From the NCBI GenBank assembly GCA_964247055.1, contig OZ176057.1, positions 2,480,001 to 2,544,000 on the forward strand: a stretch of 64,000 nucleotides of DNA, given 5' to 3'. The translations under genes and the position numbers were made by a program. Shown in pieces: positions 1-14,700 of this stretch. Position 1 is the first letter of the stretch. Each line of letters begins with the position of its first letter. The notes beneath the pieces were generated by a model. The model saw only the letters and a list, made by a program, of their open reading frames with translations, ran no database searches and was not told where the DNA came from. The DNA comes from Paragordius varius. Lineage: Eukaryota > Animalia > Nematomorpha.

Positions 1-239
1 TTTTTTTATCATATAAATATTGAAAATGTAACTAAAGTTTTAATTTTTGTGAATTTGAAGATGTAGTATATTTTTAAGAAGGGCGGTAGTTTTATTATAA
101 TTAATATCAAGGTTGTGAAATATAAATCGATCATAGGATAGGATGTATTGAAAGAAATAAAAATTTAAAAGTTGTGTTGTTTATTTTAAAATTGACAGTT
201 ATTTTTGGGTTATGTTTATCGTTTTATTTATCAAATATA

Positions 240-457
240 CCATTTACATTTCAAATTCAACCTAAAAATAATTTATGTATTTTTTAGGCTTTAACTTCTT
301 ATTAATATAAAATTTAGTTTGATGGCATAGTTTATTATTTTTTCAGTTATTTTAATTTTACACAAAATTTTATTTTTTCAATGTATAAAAAAATATAAGT
401 AATTTTTAATTTAAAAAACACTTAATTTATTTTAGGGTGAATTTGGAATGTAAATGA
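240..457. mobile_element. MITE family A copy
   Basis: ta|ccatttacatttcaaattc ... gaatttggaatgtaaatga|t, with the same internal core (tagtttattatttttt) as the other copies. Confidence 0.7.
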
Positions 458-459
458 TT

Positions 460-462
<3 letters not shown>

Positions 463-528
<66 letters not shown>

Positions 529-540
529 GAGAGAGAGAGA
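463..540. repeat. (TA)n followed by (GA)n microsatellite
   Basis: About 30 TA units then gagaga. Similar (TA)n tracts at ~15911-15947, ~33179-33210, ~38549-38588, ~52965-53000 and ~59408-59440. Confidence 0.95.
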
Positions 541-928
541 AATTTAAAAAAAATCCATTTAAATAAAAATGATTTTTATAAAATCTACTTAATTACAATT
601 GTAAAATGTGAAGTTATACCAAATTTAATTCCCTATTCATTCTTATAGGCTATATCCCAAAAGATTAATTTCTATGGTTTTCTTGATATAATTTTAATTT
701 TTACTTTTTTATTTTTTTAATTATATAACGTTTACTGTTTAATGAATGATGACACAATGTCCATCTAATATATTTATTTGTGAATTTGATATATAGGGTT
801 AAAAATATGGTTTTATTAATAAACCTTTATGTTTTTTGTTTATATTATTTTTATGTTTTAAGTAAGTTTAATAATTATAATTATGACAATGTCTAAATAA
901 GTATTATATTTATATCTGGATCTGATAG

Positions 929-3900
929 ATTCTAAAAAAATATCAAAAGAAAAATTGAATGCAACCAAATCATCGCCAAGTTTAAAGGCCTTACATGTTT
1001 TGAAACGTCGCCATTCTCATCACAAAGGTAATGCCTGTTTTTGACTTTAATAATTAACTTTTTTATTTTTTAATATTTAAGTCTACATTCTATAAGAGAG
1101 TAATTTCTTGCAAATAAATAATATGTATTAAAAGATAACATTAAAATTTTAATATAACTTAATCAGTGCCTGTTTTTTTTGAAAAATAAATAATTTTGAC
1201 TTCGGTTCGAAACGGCCCTATAAAATATTATATAAAGTTTTATACTACTAGCCGTATAAAATTTATGAAAAGTTCAAAAACAACAATCAGACGATATATT
1301 ATTGTTAACCTTATTAGGATGTTATATATATATATATATATATATGTATACTTATTATTTAACAAAAAAACTATTTAATTTATAATTTTATTGCTCACCC
1401 CATATATTTACCATTTACAGTTTAAATTCACCCTTGAACAAATCAAATTTACCCTAAAAATTATATGTTATAAACTTATATAACTCATATTAGTATGAAA
1501 TATATCTTAATGGCATAGTTTATTATTTTCAGTATTATTTTTATTTAAAACAAAATTTTTATTTTTTTATATTAAAATATTGGTAATTTTTAATCTTAAA
1601 AAACATATATTTTAGTTGAGGGTAATTGTTTTACCGTGAATTTGAATTGTCCAAGGCTGAATTTGAATTGTTTAAGAATGAATTTGAATTGTTCAAGGGT
1701 GAATTTGAATCCTAAATGGTATAATACATATGATAAACAATTTTTTAGAAATATTTTAATTTTGATAACTGACTTTAGTTTTAATATATATTATATGTAT
1801 ATATATAGTGGAAACGCCTGAAAACAGTAACTGCTCTATGAATGAACAAAAGACAAATTCCTCAAACATTCTTATATCACCTAATGACAATCTTGAACTC
1901 ATAAATGAAAATGGACACCCTAAAACTCATGATTTAAACCCTAAAACTCATAATAACAATAATAATAATCATCAAAATCAAAGATGTTCCAGTATAACAT
2001 TAGGTACCCTTTTACCGTATTCGCCCAGTTTAGATTCTAAAGCAGAAAATTTAGAAAGTCCCATACAAAACGATGAATCAAACAGAACAAATAAGAATGG
2101 AGAAATAATTTCTGACAACAATTTTGAAAAGTCCACGTATTTTGCCGATGATAATATATCACCCGATGCAATGTTACGTATTTTTTTAAAAAATATACCT
2201 CGCGAAACATGGACAGAAATTTTTGGTGAACCCTTGCCAGGTATTAGCTTTTCTTTCAATCAATTAATTTTAATGTTGAAAGGTTAACAGTTTTTATTAA
2301 CTTTTAGTATAATACAAAAAAAGTTTGATTTTTAAAATAAGTTTTCTCAAAGACAAAATACAATGATTTCATACTGATATAGTAAGGTAATTTGCAACAA
2401 ATTAGTGTATGGAACAAAGAAAGGAAATAAATGTTTATTCAACATTTTATTGTTTTTTCTATACACTACTGCGTAGCAAATTGCCCAACTATAGCAGTGT
2501 AAAATAAGCAATTATTAAAATACATACCGTATATAATAATTACACCTAGTTTTAAAATAATTATATATTGGTATTTTGAAATATTGCTATGTATATTTAT
2601 ATATATATATATATGGATATAAATTAATTTTAGTCTTAAAGACCATATGTAAGCCTGAATTTTACGGATTTTACTATTTTTTAAACTATTTTTAAAGTTT
2701 TTTTTATGCATTTTTTCAAAAATGGTATGAAGGATATAATATAATTTGTTTATTTTGTATCGTTATATTCAAATCATTTATAATATTTCTCCTAAATCAA
2801 TTATAGATCATGAAAATCTCACCGTATATCTTTCACATAATTTTTTGGATGAATCAAGCCAATCAACTTTTGATGTTAACGGCAATTGCTTAATTGTAAG
2901 GAATGATGGAACTAATATATATTGTTGTAATTTAAAACCCATCGAAAAAATGGTTAAAAACCCTTTAAAGGTGTCACAAAACTACTGTGGGGACAATGCT
3001 AAAAATGTTGACCATCAAGCCAATAATTTAAACGTTGAATTGATTAAAATTGGAATACTGTATAAACGAGTGGTATGTAATGCTAAATTTTATGAATAAT
3101 GTTGAGTTATGAAAACAAAATATTAGTAACTTTTTTTTAAAGAAACCAAAGTTTTTTATACCATTTACAGTTCAATTTCACCCTTAAACAATTCAAATTC
3201 ACCCTTAAACAATTCAAATTCACCCTCAAACAATTCAAATTGACCCTCAAATAAAATAATGTTGTTTTTTTAAGATTAAAAACTTATATTTTATATATAT
3301 TTTAAAAATACAAATTTTGTTTTAATTTAAAATAATACTGAAAAAAATAATGAACTATACCATATACACATATTTCATATTAAAAAAGAGTTATATTAGT
3401 TCGAAAACACATAAATTTATTTTTAGGGTGAATTTGAATTGTTCAAAGGTGATGTGAATTTGAACTGTAAATGGTATTTAATATATCAATTTGCTTATAT
3501 TTTTAGGGTTTATTTGCTAAACGACGCATTTTTTTGTTGTGCCGAAAGGGAATACCCGCCAAATCGATTCAAGAAAAAAATTGTGATTCCAACATTATTA
3601 ATAATGATGATCGAATTTTAGTCCTTTATTATGTGGAACCTCAAAGTTTGATAGTTAAAGGCCATATTGATTTGTAAGTTTTAGTAAATTTTTTGTTGAC
3701 ATTATGTTACAGTATCTTTTATAAATTTACGGAAATAAAAAAAGACAAATATAGTTTTTTTCTAAAGAATAACTCTATTTTTTTTACTACAAAGGCCTTA
3801 TAATTCATTGGTAAATGTATAATTGAGAATGTTATCAATTTACTTTCTCTATTACATATTTTGCGACCCCCAAAAAATAGTCTTATAATAATTAAGGTTT

Positions 3901-5641
3901 TATAAATATGCTTGTCATCCATATTAATTAATTTGATTTGATTTTGAATCTCATTTTTTATCTATTTATGCTAAATAAAGCCTATTTTGAGTACCATATA
4001 TATTTTTTGCAAAATGTGCACCCTTGACATGCGTTTTCGGACTAATATAAATAATCATTAATATGAAATATATTTTTATGGCATAGATTATTATTTTTTA
4101 CGTATTATTTTTAATTTTAATCGATAATTTTTTATTTTTAAAAAACAGATAATATATTTAAAAGTGATTTGAATTATTGAAGGGTGAATTTGAATTTTAA
4201 AGGGTATATTTATACATATAAATTTTATATTTTTAAATATAGAAATAAGGATGTGTTTGCGGAAGCAAAAAGTTTCAAGCTATTTGAAATACATACCGTA
4301 AGTTTATTCATTATTTTTATTTTTTTTGTTTTTTTTTTCAAATTTTTTATATCATTTTATTGTCAATTTTATATTTTTAAATTAAATTTTTTTCGTTTAT
4401 TTAATATTTTAACTCTACATGTTTCCATTCTATCTGCTTTTTTAGTTTAATAAAATTTTATTCTTTTTTATTAATTTTTTTGTCCCATAAGAAACATGAA
4501 AATTTAAAATTTTAAATTCTCCAGTATACTTTTAATTAAATTTAGTTATTACCATTTTTCTAAAAACATATTATGTTATAAATGATTTACAACAAACCCC
4601 AATTCTCTACTGGACTCGATTGAGGAGCAAAAATAATAAAAAAATATATAAAAAATTATTTTTTTTCATTTAATACTAAATTATATTCAATAATGGATAA
4701 ATAGTTAAAAAATTAGTTTACAAATATTTAAATAATTGATTATTTTTTCTTTATATTTTAAATAGCATATGATGATGATAATTTAATTATATGCACAAAT
4801 TAATATGATAGGATATATTAACTATTCTCCACTTTTAACGATGATAACTTTAAAATAAAGGGCTCTGTTCTTTTTATTTCGCAAATTCATGATTTTTTTT
4901 AAATGTTTTTATTTGTGTTTTAACCGTGGTTTACAGTAAAAATTTAAATTTACAGGCACAAATGTTAAAAGACAAATATTTTTTGCACAAACAACTGATT
5001 ATACTTTTTCGGGCCTTGATTTTCTTAGATTATTTATATAACATCAATAACGAAATTATATACGGATAAAATGGAAAAAATATAAAGACATAATTTTTTT
5101 TTCTACAACACTTTTTTTAAACCCTAATTTATATCCTATAAAATTCTTTTAGTTACGAAATTTAAAATAAACAATACATTGTTACATTTCTATTTTATAC
5201 ACTTTACGCAGTTTAAAAAAATGAGTTATATTAAAATAATCAAGATTTAAAGATTATGGTTGTCTATATTATGATAAAATGTCTTTATATTTTTTACTAG
5301 GTTTTGTCTGTCTTTAAACTTTACTGTATGTAATCACATGACACATTAATTGAGTTGAAATACATTGTTATATTTTTATACGTAAAACGATTAAATTACA
5401 TTAAAAAAAACAATTCTAAAAAGGTATTACGTACATATTATCTGTAAAATATCATTTTTTACTGTAGTTAAAAAAAAGTTTAGGGGAAATCTAATCTGCT
5501 ATGCTAATAATTTTATTTTTTATAATTGTTTAGCCGAATCGTACTTATTACCTTGAGGATGTGAATGGATACGCCCTTAAATGGTGTAAAACTTTAAATG
5601 AACAAATATCTCAACATATCAACAACTCAAAAAAACTATAA
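929..5641 (+). CDS. PDPK1: 3-phosphoinositide-dependent protein kinase 1, 3' part (linker + C-terminal PH domain); kinase exons lie upstream of the window
   Basis: Phase-consistent exons 929-1027, 1809-2240, 2807-3072, 3507-3673, 4243-4297, 5534-5641 (TAA). The spliced product reads [12 protein letters not shown]|[12 protein letters not shown]...[17 protein letters not shown]|[18 protein letters not shown]|[25 protein letters not shown]. This matches the PDK1 PH domain ([57 protein letters not shown]). Confidence 0.9.
1411..1719. mobile_element. MITE family A copy (TA-flanked, CCATTTAC..GTAAATGG TIR, subterminal ~21-bp repeats)
   Basis: ta|ccatttacagtttaaattcacccttgaacaa ... ttgttcaagggtgaatttgaatcctaaatgg|ta. 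The TA flanks are consistent with a Tc1/mariner-type target-site duplication. Confidence 0.85.
2385..2525. repeat. Dispersed short hairpin repeat family D (also ~12350-12495; partial at ~18570-18670, ~44950, ~55985-56135)
   Basis: agtgtatggaa..aaa ... ttttt(c)tatacactact..aaattgccc..gtgt(a/g)aaataa(a)gcaa..attaaaat is shared between 2385 and 12350. Confidence 0.6.
3161..3474. mobile_element. MITE family A copy
   Basis: Perfect 14-bp TIR ccatttacagttca / tgaactgtaaatgg with TA on both sides. Lies in a PDK1 intron. Confidence 0.88.
4934..5326. mobile_element. MITE family B copy (TA|CAGT..ACTG|TA, Tc1-like termini)
   Basis: ta|cagtaaaaatttaaatt..aaagacaaa ... gtctttatatttttt..actttactg|ta. Confidence 0.65.
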
Positions 5642-8600
5642 AAACACACACTCTGACATTTTAATAATAAAATTAGGTGACTTATTAATAAAGCTTAATT
5701 TTTCGACAATTGCAAATTTACGAGATAAAAATTATAAAAACAATGCATAAAGATTGGAACGCTTAAATTATAATTTTGTATTATTTTTTTTAATAAAAAG
5801 ACAGACATCATTTAAATTATCAATTATTTCTTTGCAAAAATGAAATTCTCTAAATTTAATCCCCTGGTTAACAATTTTATTATTAAAAAAACGTTTTGAT
5901 ATAATTTGCCTAATTTTGATATTTGATGTAGATATTTAGATACATAGATGGTATTAATATTTATTATTATTTTTATATGATATGACAAACATTTTTATAT
6001 ATTTGCATGCTTTATGTATATATTTGGATAAATTATATGTTATGTACTGTAATATATTTATAAATTAATTATTGCAATAAACTCTATCATTTAAATCAGG
6101 TGTTAATCAGATTTTTAATGATTAGAAAAATACGCGCAAGTTTTATGTATAAATTTTTATTTATTTTTTGAAATATAATTGTAATGATTTTTGATTTTCC
6201 CTAATTTGTAACTTATGATTTTATAATGATGACATGAATCTTCGAAATCTTCTCACGGAACATACAAATCGAGATATATGGCGGATATAGTTTTGTAATA
6301 AAAAGTCAACATTAGTGCGGTAAACTTTGTTAATCTACCTACCTTAATATATTACTTATTATTGACACTCGTATCATATTTTGGGATATCCCCGGACCAT
6401 TTAAAATTGAAATATCTCAAAAAATATATATATAAGTGGGTCAGATTTAGATATCTTTAGTCTTTTAAATCCATGATACAATTTTTTTAAAAATCCTACA
6501 ATTTTATATAAAACCTCAACTCAAACTTTTTAACTGCCATTTTTATTTATTAAGTTTATTTAAATTAAAAAATGAATGTATATAATCAATGTTAATATTT
6601 GATTTTTAATAGCTTTTTAGGCTAGATTTCTGCGAAAACGTAGTTTTTATTATTATCAAATGTTTGTTTCAATCGTGTTTTGGAGCTCAAATTTTGAACG
6701 CTAAAAGTTAAAACTAAAATATATAAGCTTTTTTAATCTACAGAACAATGAAATAAGGTTTAACCAAAACAATTTTTAAAACTAAAGGTCCTTTGCTGCT
6801 TTAAGCTTTCGGCAAATAAACTCCCCAATATATCATCGCGTACAAAAAATTAAAATTTAATATGTTATTTCATAAATGGTGACTCATATTTTCCGTAGAT
6901 AAATATGTTCTAATGTGTCTGTTGTAAGTAAGAAATATAAGTTTTTGTAGTAGTTTGTTTGTGTTTTGCGATTCCAATAACACCGCCAGCATTTTCATTT
7001 TTCTTCGCGTTTGCCCTATATTAAACTGTGCGGCAAAAATGGGGATTTAAAATGCTCTCGTTATGAATCAATTATTATTTGATAGGTAAAAACTTCAGAA
7101 TAAAATAAATAATTTCCCACACGATCAAGCGTATTTATTTTTTATATTCAATATCTCGAAGCTTTTACCTATCTAATAATATTTAATTCATAAATAGAAC
7201 ACTTTTACTGTACACCGTTTTCGTATGATATTGTTAATTATCCTTTAATAACAATATACCCAAAATACGATAATTTTATTTTTAAACATGGATTCGTTAG
7301 AAACATCTGGGGATTTTTTTAGAGAAGCACTGCATATTAGTGAACTCATCCGACACCGGTTCAATTATTAACAAATCTTAAAAAATTAAGTATGATTTTA
7401 ACCATTGCTGCATGACATGCGTTGCCATGAGATATCCTGTGCGGCCAATAAAAAGTTTATAACCAAATAAATGCTGATCCCTGCTGTGTACAAAATTTTG
7501 GTAAAATAGGTATTTTTAATAAATAAATTGAAGTGGCAAATTAATATAATATTTTCGTAATTATTAAATGTTCGCAATCGAATATTTTTTCCGAATGCGG
7601 GACTCATACCCCTTCCAAAATTTAAAAACTAATGACATGTCAAATTAAAATTTAAAGAAAAACAATCTATTAATCAAAATTCTGAGGTGATCGAAATATA
7701 ATCATCAAAATAATTATTTTTTTATAAAGTCAAAAACGCAATATAAATTTAAATGATAAGGAAAGATGCCATAAAAATTTGTCAAATCTAGCATATTTTT
7801 AAAATCCTTATCAGGCAATTAGGATTTCTGGTTTATTTTACGAGCATCCCATTTCATAATACACAAAAAAATGAGAATTTCCACAACTAATAACTTTCAT
7901 TTTATACGATAATTATTTTGATTTGTAAATTATATAATACATAATGTATTTTTAAAATATTTTTTGGAATGGGGCATTTTTTAACAAAATTATTTTAACA
8001 TGCGTGCAAATTTTGCGACATTTTTTTATGAAGCAGTCACAAAAGTGTTAGTAATTTTTTACTAGTAAGGCCTAAAAGCACATAGTTCAGATACATTTTT
8101 TATCAAAAAATCAAGATATTTTTTAGTGACAATATAAAAACATTCAATATGATGTAAAATCTTATATTTAATCCTTTTTACCAGGTGTCCCCGATACTAA
8201 TATCTCGGTCATTTTTGACTCGAAAAAACCCCTCGAGCTTAACGTGTTTATGAATTAAATAAATATCTTAGTAGATTATCCACTAGCTGTAATCGAACAA
8301 TAATATTGGTATTACCAAATTTTAGTTTGTGCCGCTATTTTGACAGTGATCAGGAATTTTCGGAAATATCGTAATATTATAAAGATAAGTAATATAATGT
8401 TACGGAACATGGTATTTATTTGTCCAAATAATGGTATACTCTAAAAAATATTTAGGAGGGCCGTTGGTTAGACACCCATATTATGCCTGAAAAAATATTT
8501 GAACATCATTAAAAAGTGTATGGCAAAAAATATGACATTTTTAAAGTTTATCTGTATTTTTTCCGTCCTAATTCATCCAAAATAAATATTTTGATTCTCT

Positions 8601-8786
8601 TAAAATTAAATATAATGCACTCCCGCTGCAGTAAATATTTAAATTAAAACCATCAAAAATTGGACTGGTGGATATAAGACCCCATTTGAATCGATGTGTT
8701 AAGGATTTAACAATATAAAAAACACACCTGAAAAAGTATTTTCAAACATATGGCCCTTTCGCTTTTTTTTCAAATATACTGAAATA

Positions 8787-11700
8787 ATGCATTTAACTTA
8801 TTTTACATATTTTTTTGTTTTATTCGTAAATTTACATACAATCCATGGTAGTTCATCCTATGCAGAAGAATTTAAAACTATATATTCGGCTCCTGTCAAA
8901 CCCCATTTTGGTAGAATATGGCCACAACCTACCACTCAGACGACATCAAATGATATTATGACCATTGATTTGGATGATTTAACCTTCACCTCGCCTAAAA
9001 ACTGTCCAATTTTAGATGCTGCATTTATTAGATTTGAAAAGCGATTAAAATTACTTCTATTTAATATCGTTCAAAAGACATTCCCAAATAAGCCTTACAT
9101 TAATAATTTTGTTCTCGATGGCTCTAATGATACCAAATCTAATTTGGTAACTACTAATATTACAATCGTGATCAATGAACCCCAAGTTTGTGAGTCTATC
9201 CCTCATGTCGATATGATTGAAAATTGTAAGAATTTTGAATAGAGCATTGGCTTATATTATTTATTGTGCATTTTGTCGTCAAATTTTTTAATAATTTTAT
9301 TAAGGTTAACAAAAAAATGTTTATTTTAGTTAACGAATTTTGAATTACATTCACCAAACAAAATAAAAATTTAAATTTTTCATATTTACTTAGCAAAGTT
9401 GTCAACCCGAAAAATTGAAATTTATTTTTATATTATCAAACTCTTTTTTATATTAATCTCATCAAAGGTTATATTTGGGCTTTTTATAACGAAAAATTGT
9501 TGAAAAATTTTAATAAGCAATTTATTATTTAAAAAAAAATTATTTCATTCCATCCCTAAATCATTTGTTTCTCCCCTAGTCGTTTATTGATGCTTAAAAT
9601 GATTCTTTATATTAAAACATGGTTTAAAGGACAGTCGTTCAATATTAATATTTAAAATTATTTTATATTTACAATTTATATTATGATTGAAACATTTTTA
9701 ATAATTCTTTTGGAAAATAAATGGTTACAGTACTCAGAACTATTCTCAACCATTTTGGATTTTTAACACTTCGATTCAAATTGGGGTATCTGAATACCTT
9801 AGACTAAATTTTAATTAATATTTTAAAACTTAAGGAAACGGTTTTAATTTAAATTTATGCTTCTATTGATAAAAATTATATAAATATGCCAAAATATCTT
9901 AACACTTGGATACAACACACTCATTTTAGTCCTTCGATTCAAATTGGGGTAGTTAGATACCACAGGCCTCTTTAAAATCAAATAGTTTGAAAAGTATGGA
10001 AGCAATCGAAACCATGGCAAAATTTTGCACTTATATAACATTAATAAACCAAGGTATCGAAAAAAATTTATTTAAAAATAATTGATAATACTTATTTCAA
10101 AGTAAAACTCAAAGGTAAAAATTTAGTCAACGTGTGACATGTGTGCATTGGCTAAATGAAAAATAATACAAATTAAACCGCTTTTTCTATTTCTATCAAT
10201 GTTAGCTGTATTTTAAATGAAAAATTAGCATTATTTTGCCTTCAAATTACATGAGGACGATATTTTGCAAAAATTTCGTATAATAAAAATGGCGTCGAAG
10301 TAGTTTGACATGGAACTTTTTTTTTCAAAACGAAATTATATTTAGATAATTTGGCATATTTATTTAATTTATATTAGGATTCAAGCATAAATTGAAATGG
10401 GGACCGTTTCCTTCAGTATTTTTTTATAATACTAACTTTAATTAAGTCTGAGGTATTTAGATACCCCAATTTGAATCGAATTTTTTTTGTTTTTATTATA
10501 ATTACATTTTTTGAAGTTGTGAGGAAAGTGCATAAGTTAATGAAATATGCAACTAATTAAATGATAAAAAATCTCACACATTTGGCAACTGACATGTATA
10601 AATTATATTCCCATCCAAATCAATAATATTTCTAATCAATGCATAATTACCGTGTATTATAAATACCCTCCCTAGTCAATAACGTCTAATATAAGTTTTT
10701 GTAAAATGTGAATACTTAAAACCCAAAGTATGTTAATATCATATACCATTTACAGTTTAAATTCACCCTTGAAGAATTCAAATTTACACTAAAAAAAAAT
10801 TATGTGGTTTCGAACTAATATAACTCATTATTTATACAAAATATATCTTTAGGGCATAGTTTATTATTTTTTCAGTATTATTCTAATTTAACACAAAATA
10901 TAATTTTTCAAAAATATATAAAAATATAGGTTTAATCTTGAAAAACATATGTTTTGTTTGAGGGTAAATTCAATTGTTTAAAAGTGAATTTGAATTGTTT
11001 AAGCGTGAATTTGAATTGTAAATGGTATATTTTCTTTCCTTTAGATTCCATCACCGTTAATTCTTCCGGAATACGGATTCAAGCGCCCCAAGTATGGGGC
11101 ATACTTCGTGGATTAACGAGCCTTTCACAGCTGATTTATTCACCACCCCCATCAGCTGATGGTGAGAAAACAGCTGAAACGCATGCGCTCATTAATCATA
11201 CGGAAATCCAAGATTCCCCTAGGTTTGGATTCCGTGCAATTTTGTTGGACACATCAAGACATTACCTGAGTTTACCTGTCCTGCTAGAAAATTTGGTTTA
11301 ATAAATTTTTTTTAAATTATTTTTTTTATTTTTTATTAGATTTATTGATTTATTTTAATATAAAATGGTATTATTGATTACTAATTTATTATTATATATT
11401 TAATTTCTTTAATTATTTTTTTAGAAATTTTTACCATTAAATATTATATTTTTATATATTTAATTTCTTTAATTATTTTTTAGTAATTTTTATTTTAATA
11501 TTTTTGTATTTTTCTTTTTTTCCTTTTTAATTTTAAATTGATAAATTATATTAAAATTATTTTATATTTGGATGTGCATGCGAAAAATTGTAACTTTTTT
11601 GAGTAAATTTATATTAAAAATATATATTTACACAAATGGTAAACTATCCTTAAACCAATATATATATATATATATATCATATTATTGATTTGGACAAAAA

Positions 11701-14700
11701 CTCTATAAAATAATTTAGTATTTAATTTTAAATTACTAAATCATTTGAAATTTTTTACTTAAATATCAAAAATTATCAAATTATAATGATAAAAAATTTG
11801 ATATTTTTGTTTTTTTTGTTTTAATAAAATTTTAAAAAGTTTTTAAGTGTAATATTTGTTTTTTATTGTGATTTTAAAAAAAATCTCTTTATATGATTAA
11901 AAAAAGATAAAATATGGATTAACTATGCTAAATTTTTTTATTAGATTCATTAGACATAGAAAATCAAATTTATAGAATTTTATTATTTCACAGTAAATTA
12001 ATTTGAGTTTAAAATACATAAATTATTGTGGAAACATTTTATTCGATTTTTTTACAAAAAAAATTTTTTTTCAATCAAACTTAATTTTAAAATATTTTTA
12101 TAATTATTATTAACTAGTTATAGAAAAAATTCATCTCAATAGAATTTAATTTCATTTACACGTAAATTATTGTGAAACATTTTTTTCGATTTTTTTTCAA
12201 AAAAATTTTTTTTTATAATTTTTATTATTTTATTAACTAATTATACTAAAATATTATATTAACTAATTTTTTAATTTAAAAATATTATTTTTTTAGATTT
12301 TTTTATATTACAGTATGCATTCTAATGGTTGCTTATTTCAAACTGCTATGGTAGGACAATTTTCAACCCAGTAGTGTATGGAAAAAAGAATAAAATGTTG
12401 CTTAGTCAATTGATTTCTTTCTTTTTTTCCATACACTACTGTGTTGCGAAATTGCCCTGCTAGAGTGTGAAATAAAAGCAACTATTAAAATGCATCATAT
12501 ATTATATTTAATTTTTTAAAAAATCCAAATTAATCAAATTTAAATTTATACAAAATTATATTTTTTTTTTATGAAATGATTTTTATTAATTTAATTTTTA
12601 TTGAATTTTTATTTTTTAAATAATAAATAATTTATTTTTATAGGATGCTATGGAATTCAATAAATACAATGTATTTCATTGGCACATTGTTGATGATCAA
12701 TCCTTCCCTTTTGTCAGTAAGACATATCCTGATTTAAGTCAAAAAGTATATTGTAAATTTATTTTATAAATTTTATTATTTTTAATATTTATAAAATTTT
12801 ACATATCATAAACAATTCAAATTTACCCTTGAACGATTGAAATTTACCCTTAAACAATTGAACCCTTGAACAATTAAAAGTAATTCTTGAACAATTGAAA
12901 TTCCCCCTCTTGGACAATTCAAATTCATCCTTAAACAATTCAAACAATTTCACCCAAAAATAATTCAAATTCACACTTGAACAATTCAAATTTACCCTTA
13001 AACAATTCAAACCCTTGAACCATTCAAATTCACTCTCGAACAATTCAAGATTTCACGCTTAAACAATTCAAATTTATACCATTTACATTTCAAATCCCTT
13101 AAACAATTTAAATAATTTCACCATAAAATAATTTAAATTCACCCTTGAACAATTCAAACAATTTTACCCTAAAATAATTCAAATTCACCCTTGAACAATT
13201 CAATCAAATTCATTCTAAACAAATAGATTATGAAATATCGGTCTAATATAATTTATCATTAAAATTAAATATAAGTTTATGGCAAAGTTTATTATTTTTT
13301 CAGTAATATATTTTAATTACATACAAAATTTCTTTATTTAAAAATATGAAAAAATATATAGGTAATATCCTAAAAAACAGATAATTTATTTTAGGGTGAT
13401 TCGAATTGTTCGAGAATTAATTTAAATTGTTAAAGGGTGAATTTGAACTGATGGTATATTTTTATAAAACATATACTATTTACGCTTCAAATTCCTCCCT
13501 CTTGAACAATTCAAATTTCACCCTAAAATAATAAATTATGTGTGTTTTTTTTAAAATTAAAAATTACCTATTTTTACAATATTTTTAAAAAAATGAAAAA
13601 TTTTTTTTAATATTAATAAAAAATTTAAAAAATAATAAATAATCTATGCCATAAAGATATATTTCGTATCAATAATGATGTGTTATATTAGTGCCAGAAA
13701 ACACATAATTTATTTTTAGGGTGAATTTGAATTGTTCAAGGGTGAATTTGAATTGTAAATTGTATATCTAAGATTTATTTATTTTTCGATCTAACTAATT
13801 TATATTTATATATTTTAAGATATAAATTGTCTATATTCGCCTTTTTTGAAATTAACATAATTTTATTTTATTAAGACTCAAGATTTATACATATTTTTCA
13901 AAAGCTTTTTTATTACAATAAAAATTAAAATTATACGGACAAAATGTAAAAATTTAAAGACAAATATTGACAACTATTTTTTTAAAACCCTTAATTTTTC
14001 TCATATAATCTATTTAATTACCATTGTAAAATATAGAATTGATTATGTTAGTAAAATATATCTCTATTCATTTAATAAAAATAAGTTTTGTTGAAAAAAT
14101 CAAGCTTTTAAAAATATATGGTTGTAGAAAAAAACATTTGTCTTTATATTTTTACGTTTTGTACGTTTCAGTTTTTACTGTATATATTATAACATTCGTT
14201 AATTCATTATGGGTATAATTAATTTTTGAACAGTTTTTTTTATCAAATTTATTTATAGTTTAATATAATTTTTTTATGTAAAAAATAAAGTTTTAATTTT
14301 TTAACTATTTACTCTTACTTCTATTCTCGGGTTAAGTTATTATATTTTAAGTTTAGTTTTAAACAATATTAACATTTAATTTATTTTTTTGATTTATATT
14401 TTTTTACGTTTTTGCAAATTATTTAAATACCTTAATTACAACAAAATTCGCTTTCTCCAGTAATATATTTATTTTTCAGTTTTTTTAAAATTTTTTAAAA
14501 ATAAAACATTTTTAAACATTTTTCAAGGTTTATATATATATATATAAATATATATATATATAGCAAACTACAAAAAATTATATATAAAATTAATTTTTTT
14601 CTTAAAAATATGATTTTTTTGTCTTTTTAGGGTGCTTACCGGCCAGATTACATTTATACGCCACGTGATGTGGATCTACTCCTTACATATGCTCATGAGC

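Noticed and set aside
649-676. Possible small upstream PDK1 exon (AISQKINFY)
   Set aside because: Phase-compatible but without recognisable homology.
1636-1821. ORFs with a (V/M)NLNC heptad repeat (also 3439, 10954 5' part, 12789, 16623)
   Set aside because: They are translations of the 21-bp subterminal repeat of MITE family A, not proteins.
2241-2287. ORF 1808-2287 as a terminal exon or stand-alone gene
   Set aside because: A strong donor CAG|GTATTA at 2240 splices in phase to 2807 and on into the PDK1 PH domain.
11380-12240. Short local tandem duplications (also 23910-24040)
   Set aside because: Ordinary slippage in AT-rich introns, with no sign of function.
12808-13210. Regularly spaced short repeats resembling a CRISPR array
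   Set aside because: The units are degenerate and adjacent with no unique spacers, there are no cas genes, the context is eukaryotic, and they belong to a MITE.
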